Source: Octopus sinensis
Lineage: Eukaryota
Length of the DNA stretch: 22,135 bases
Direction of reading: 5' to 3'
NCBI RefSeq assembly: GCF_006345805.1
Contig: NW_021837004.1
Location: 1 to 22,135, forward strand
The stretch's first letter is position 1. Every line of letters begins with the position of its first letter. The position numbers and the translations under genes were made by a program. The notes under the pieces were generated by a model that had not been told where the DNA came from, made no database searches, and saw only the letters and a program-made list of their open reading frames with translations. Below are positions 20,539-22,135 of the stretch, one piece after another.

Positions 20539-20703
20539 CGTGTTTGTATTTGTTTTGCAAGATTCTTTATGTGAATTCGTGTGCTGAAGCATATTTTATT
20601 GTGTCTGGAGAGAGTCATTCTCTTTTAGTACTCACCGGTTCGATTTCCACTCATTTACTTTAATTTTTTTCTAAAACTTTCGTTGCGTCTTGCAACCTTT
20701 TCA
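20233..20703. mobile_element. Candidate fold-back/MITE-like element with degenerate inverted arms and a microsatellite core
   Basis: Left tgaaaaggtcgc...gcgacgaaa resembles the reverse complement of right tttcgttgc...gcaaccttttca. cagcacacga (20359-20368) is inverted at 20577-20586. (TA)n/(TG)n lies between the arms. Confidence 0.45.
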
Positions 20704-20754
20704 ATAGTTATTGACTCTATCCGTTATCAGAGTTGTGGTATGTCCGTCAAACAC

Positions 20755-21075
20755 ATCGATCTCAGGACATTTTTCAAAGCCTAGTACTTATTCCATCGGT
20801 TATGTTGCCGAACCGCCAAGATAAGTGCACACAAATACACTAATACTTATTAAGCAATGGGGTGGGGGTGGCTATAAAAACACATAAATATACAAATACA
20901 TACACACACACACACACACACGACAGGCGTTTGTCAGTTTTCGTCAATCAAATCTACTAGTAAGGTTTTGGTCGGCCCGAGGCTATAGCAGAAGGAACTA
21001 GGTGCCAAGGTGCCACACAATGGGACTGAAGCCGGAACCATGTGGTTGGGTAGCACGGTTCTTACCAGACAGTCA
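20755..21075 (-). mobile_element. Family-A SINE, 3'-truncated and diverged
   Basis: aagcctagtacttattccatcgg...gccgaaccgccaag...(CA)n...ttggtcggcccgaggctatagcagaag...gggactgaagccggaaccatgtggttgg...cttaccagacagtca. Confidence 0.85.
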
Positions 21076-21170
21076 TGGCACTTTGGGCAAGTGTCCTCTA
21101 TTATAGCCATGGGTCGACCAAAACCTAGGAGTAGTTTTGGTAGACGGAAGCTGAAAGAAGCCCGTCGTAT
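21076..21170 (+). mobile_element. Partial family-A SINE directly abutting the previous copy in opposite orientation
   Basis: tggcactttgggcaagtgtcctctattatagcc...tggtagacggaagctgaaagaagcccgtcgtat. Confidence 0.85.
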
Positions 21171-21534
21171 ATACGTATGTGGTGTATGAATGTATGTATA
21201 TACATATGCATATATATATATATATATTATATATATATATATATAACATATATACAACCCCACCCACATACATATATATATATATATTATATATATATAT
21301 ATATATATCAAAATAAAGAATAGGATATCAGTCGTGTGCAGTACGACCGTTTCAAGCGACTCCATTTAATTGAATAATGCAACCATTACATCAATTTAAA
21401 TGCAGTGCCATCATCAGCTGCATACAGCAGGTAATATGAAATAATGTTAGAGAGGTACAATATTTATCATTTAATTTCTTCAAATTTTCCGGGGAATTGA
21501 TATAAAGAAAGGAATACAACTTTTCAACAGATAT

Positions 21535-21662
21535 ATATGCATATTTGTATGTATGTGTGTATGTATGTATGTATGTATGTATGTGTGTGTGTGTATGTAT
21601 GTATGTATGTATGTATGTATGTATGTATGTATGTATGTTTTTTTTTATATGTATGTATGTAT
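21535..21662. repeat. (TATG)n microsatellite
   Basis: Direct inspection. Confidence 0.95.
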
Positions 21663-21843
21663 GTTGTGCGAAAAATCCTAAGTGTTAAATTTTACTCTTA
21701 ATTCCCCTCAAGAAAATGTTTTTTTTTTGTTTTGTTTTTTTACAAGATAATAATATGTTCATTAAAAAAATCACGTCTGAAAATCAACATGTCAAACAGT
21801 AGAATGAGTTTGTGTGTGAATAGTTGTTCGTGAATGTGATTTG

Positions 21844-22135
21844 TTAAACTTTATTCAGTTTTGGTTTGTACTTTTCTATGAATATAGTTTCTTTGTGTAT
21901 TCATGCTTGGTCTGTGGAAAAACTTGGAACTTGGGAAACTTATTTTTGTTGCACAAATGTCTCTGTCCACTAAGTGGTAATTGCCTTGTACTGGGCTCTC
22001 GTATTTGTTGTCTATGAATAGTAAGTCTATTTCTAAGAGTGCGTTTTGTTTGACCTATGTAGTCCGCGGTACATCCTTTACATTTAAGAGCATATATTAT
22101 TTTTTTGACGAACAGGTAAATATTTTTATATGGTG
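21844..22135 (-). pseudogene. GIY-YIG endonuclease domain (C-terminus of a Penelope-like retroelement ORF), frameshifted, running off the window edge
   Basis: Manual translation with two frameshifts: HHIKIFTCSSK/IIYALKCKGCTADYIGQTKRTLRNRLTIHRQQIREPSTRQLPLSGQRHLCNKNKFPKFQVFP.../KETIFIEKYKPKLNKV* (stop at 21844-21846). Shows the IIY..C..C...YIGQT...R...H and E..FI.K..P.LN signatures. Confidence 0.88.

Overview
AT-rich, repeat-dense eukaryotic non-coding DNA with no supportable intact protein-coding gene. The SINE families look like ones I recall from octopus (coleoid cephalopod) genomes; this is recognition from memory, not a database result. The window holds many tRNA-derived SINE copies (three main families here labelled A, B, C, plus one distinct SINE head) and many microsatellites, which explain nearly all listed ORFs. 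It also holds four decayed retroelement coding fragments that the ORF track misses or only partly captures: a Penelope-like RT/thumb, a Penelope-like GIY-YIG endonuclease at the right edge, an R4/Dong-like RT fragment and an L1/Tx1-like ORF2 C-terminus. The standout structure is a non-autonomous TIR element at 4952-7378. It has 28-bp terminal inverted repeats, a target-site duplication and an internal (TTAGGG)5 tract. Its right-terminal 145 bp, including the TIR, is amplified into a 15-copy tandem array with an emerging dimeric higher-order pattern, so it looks like a satellite forming inside a transposon.
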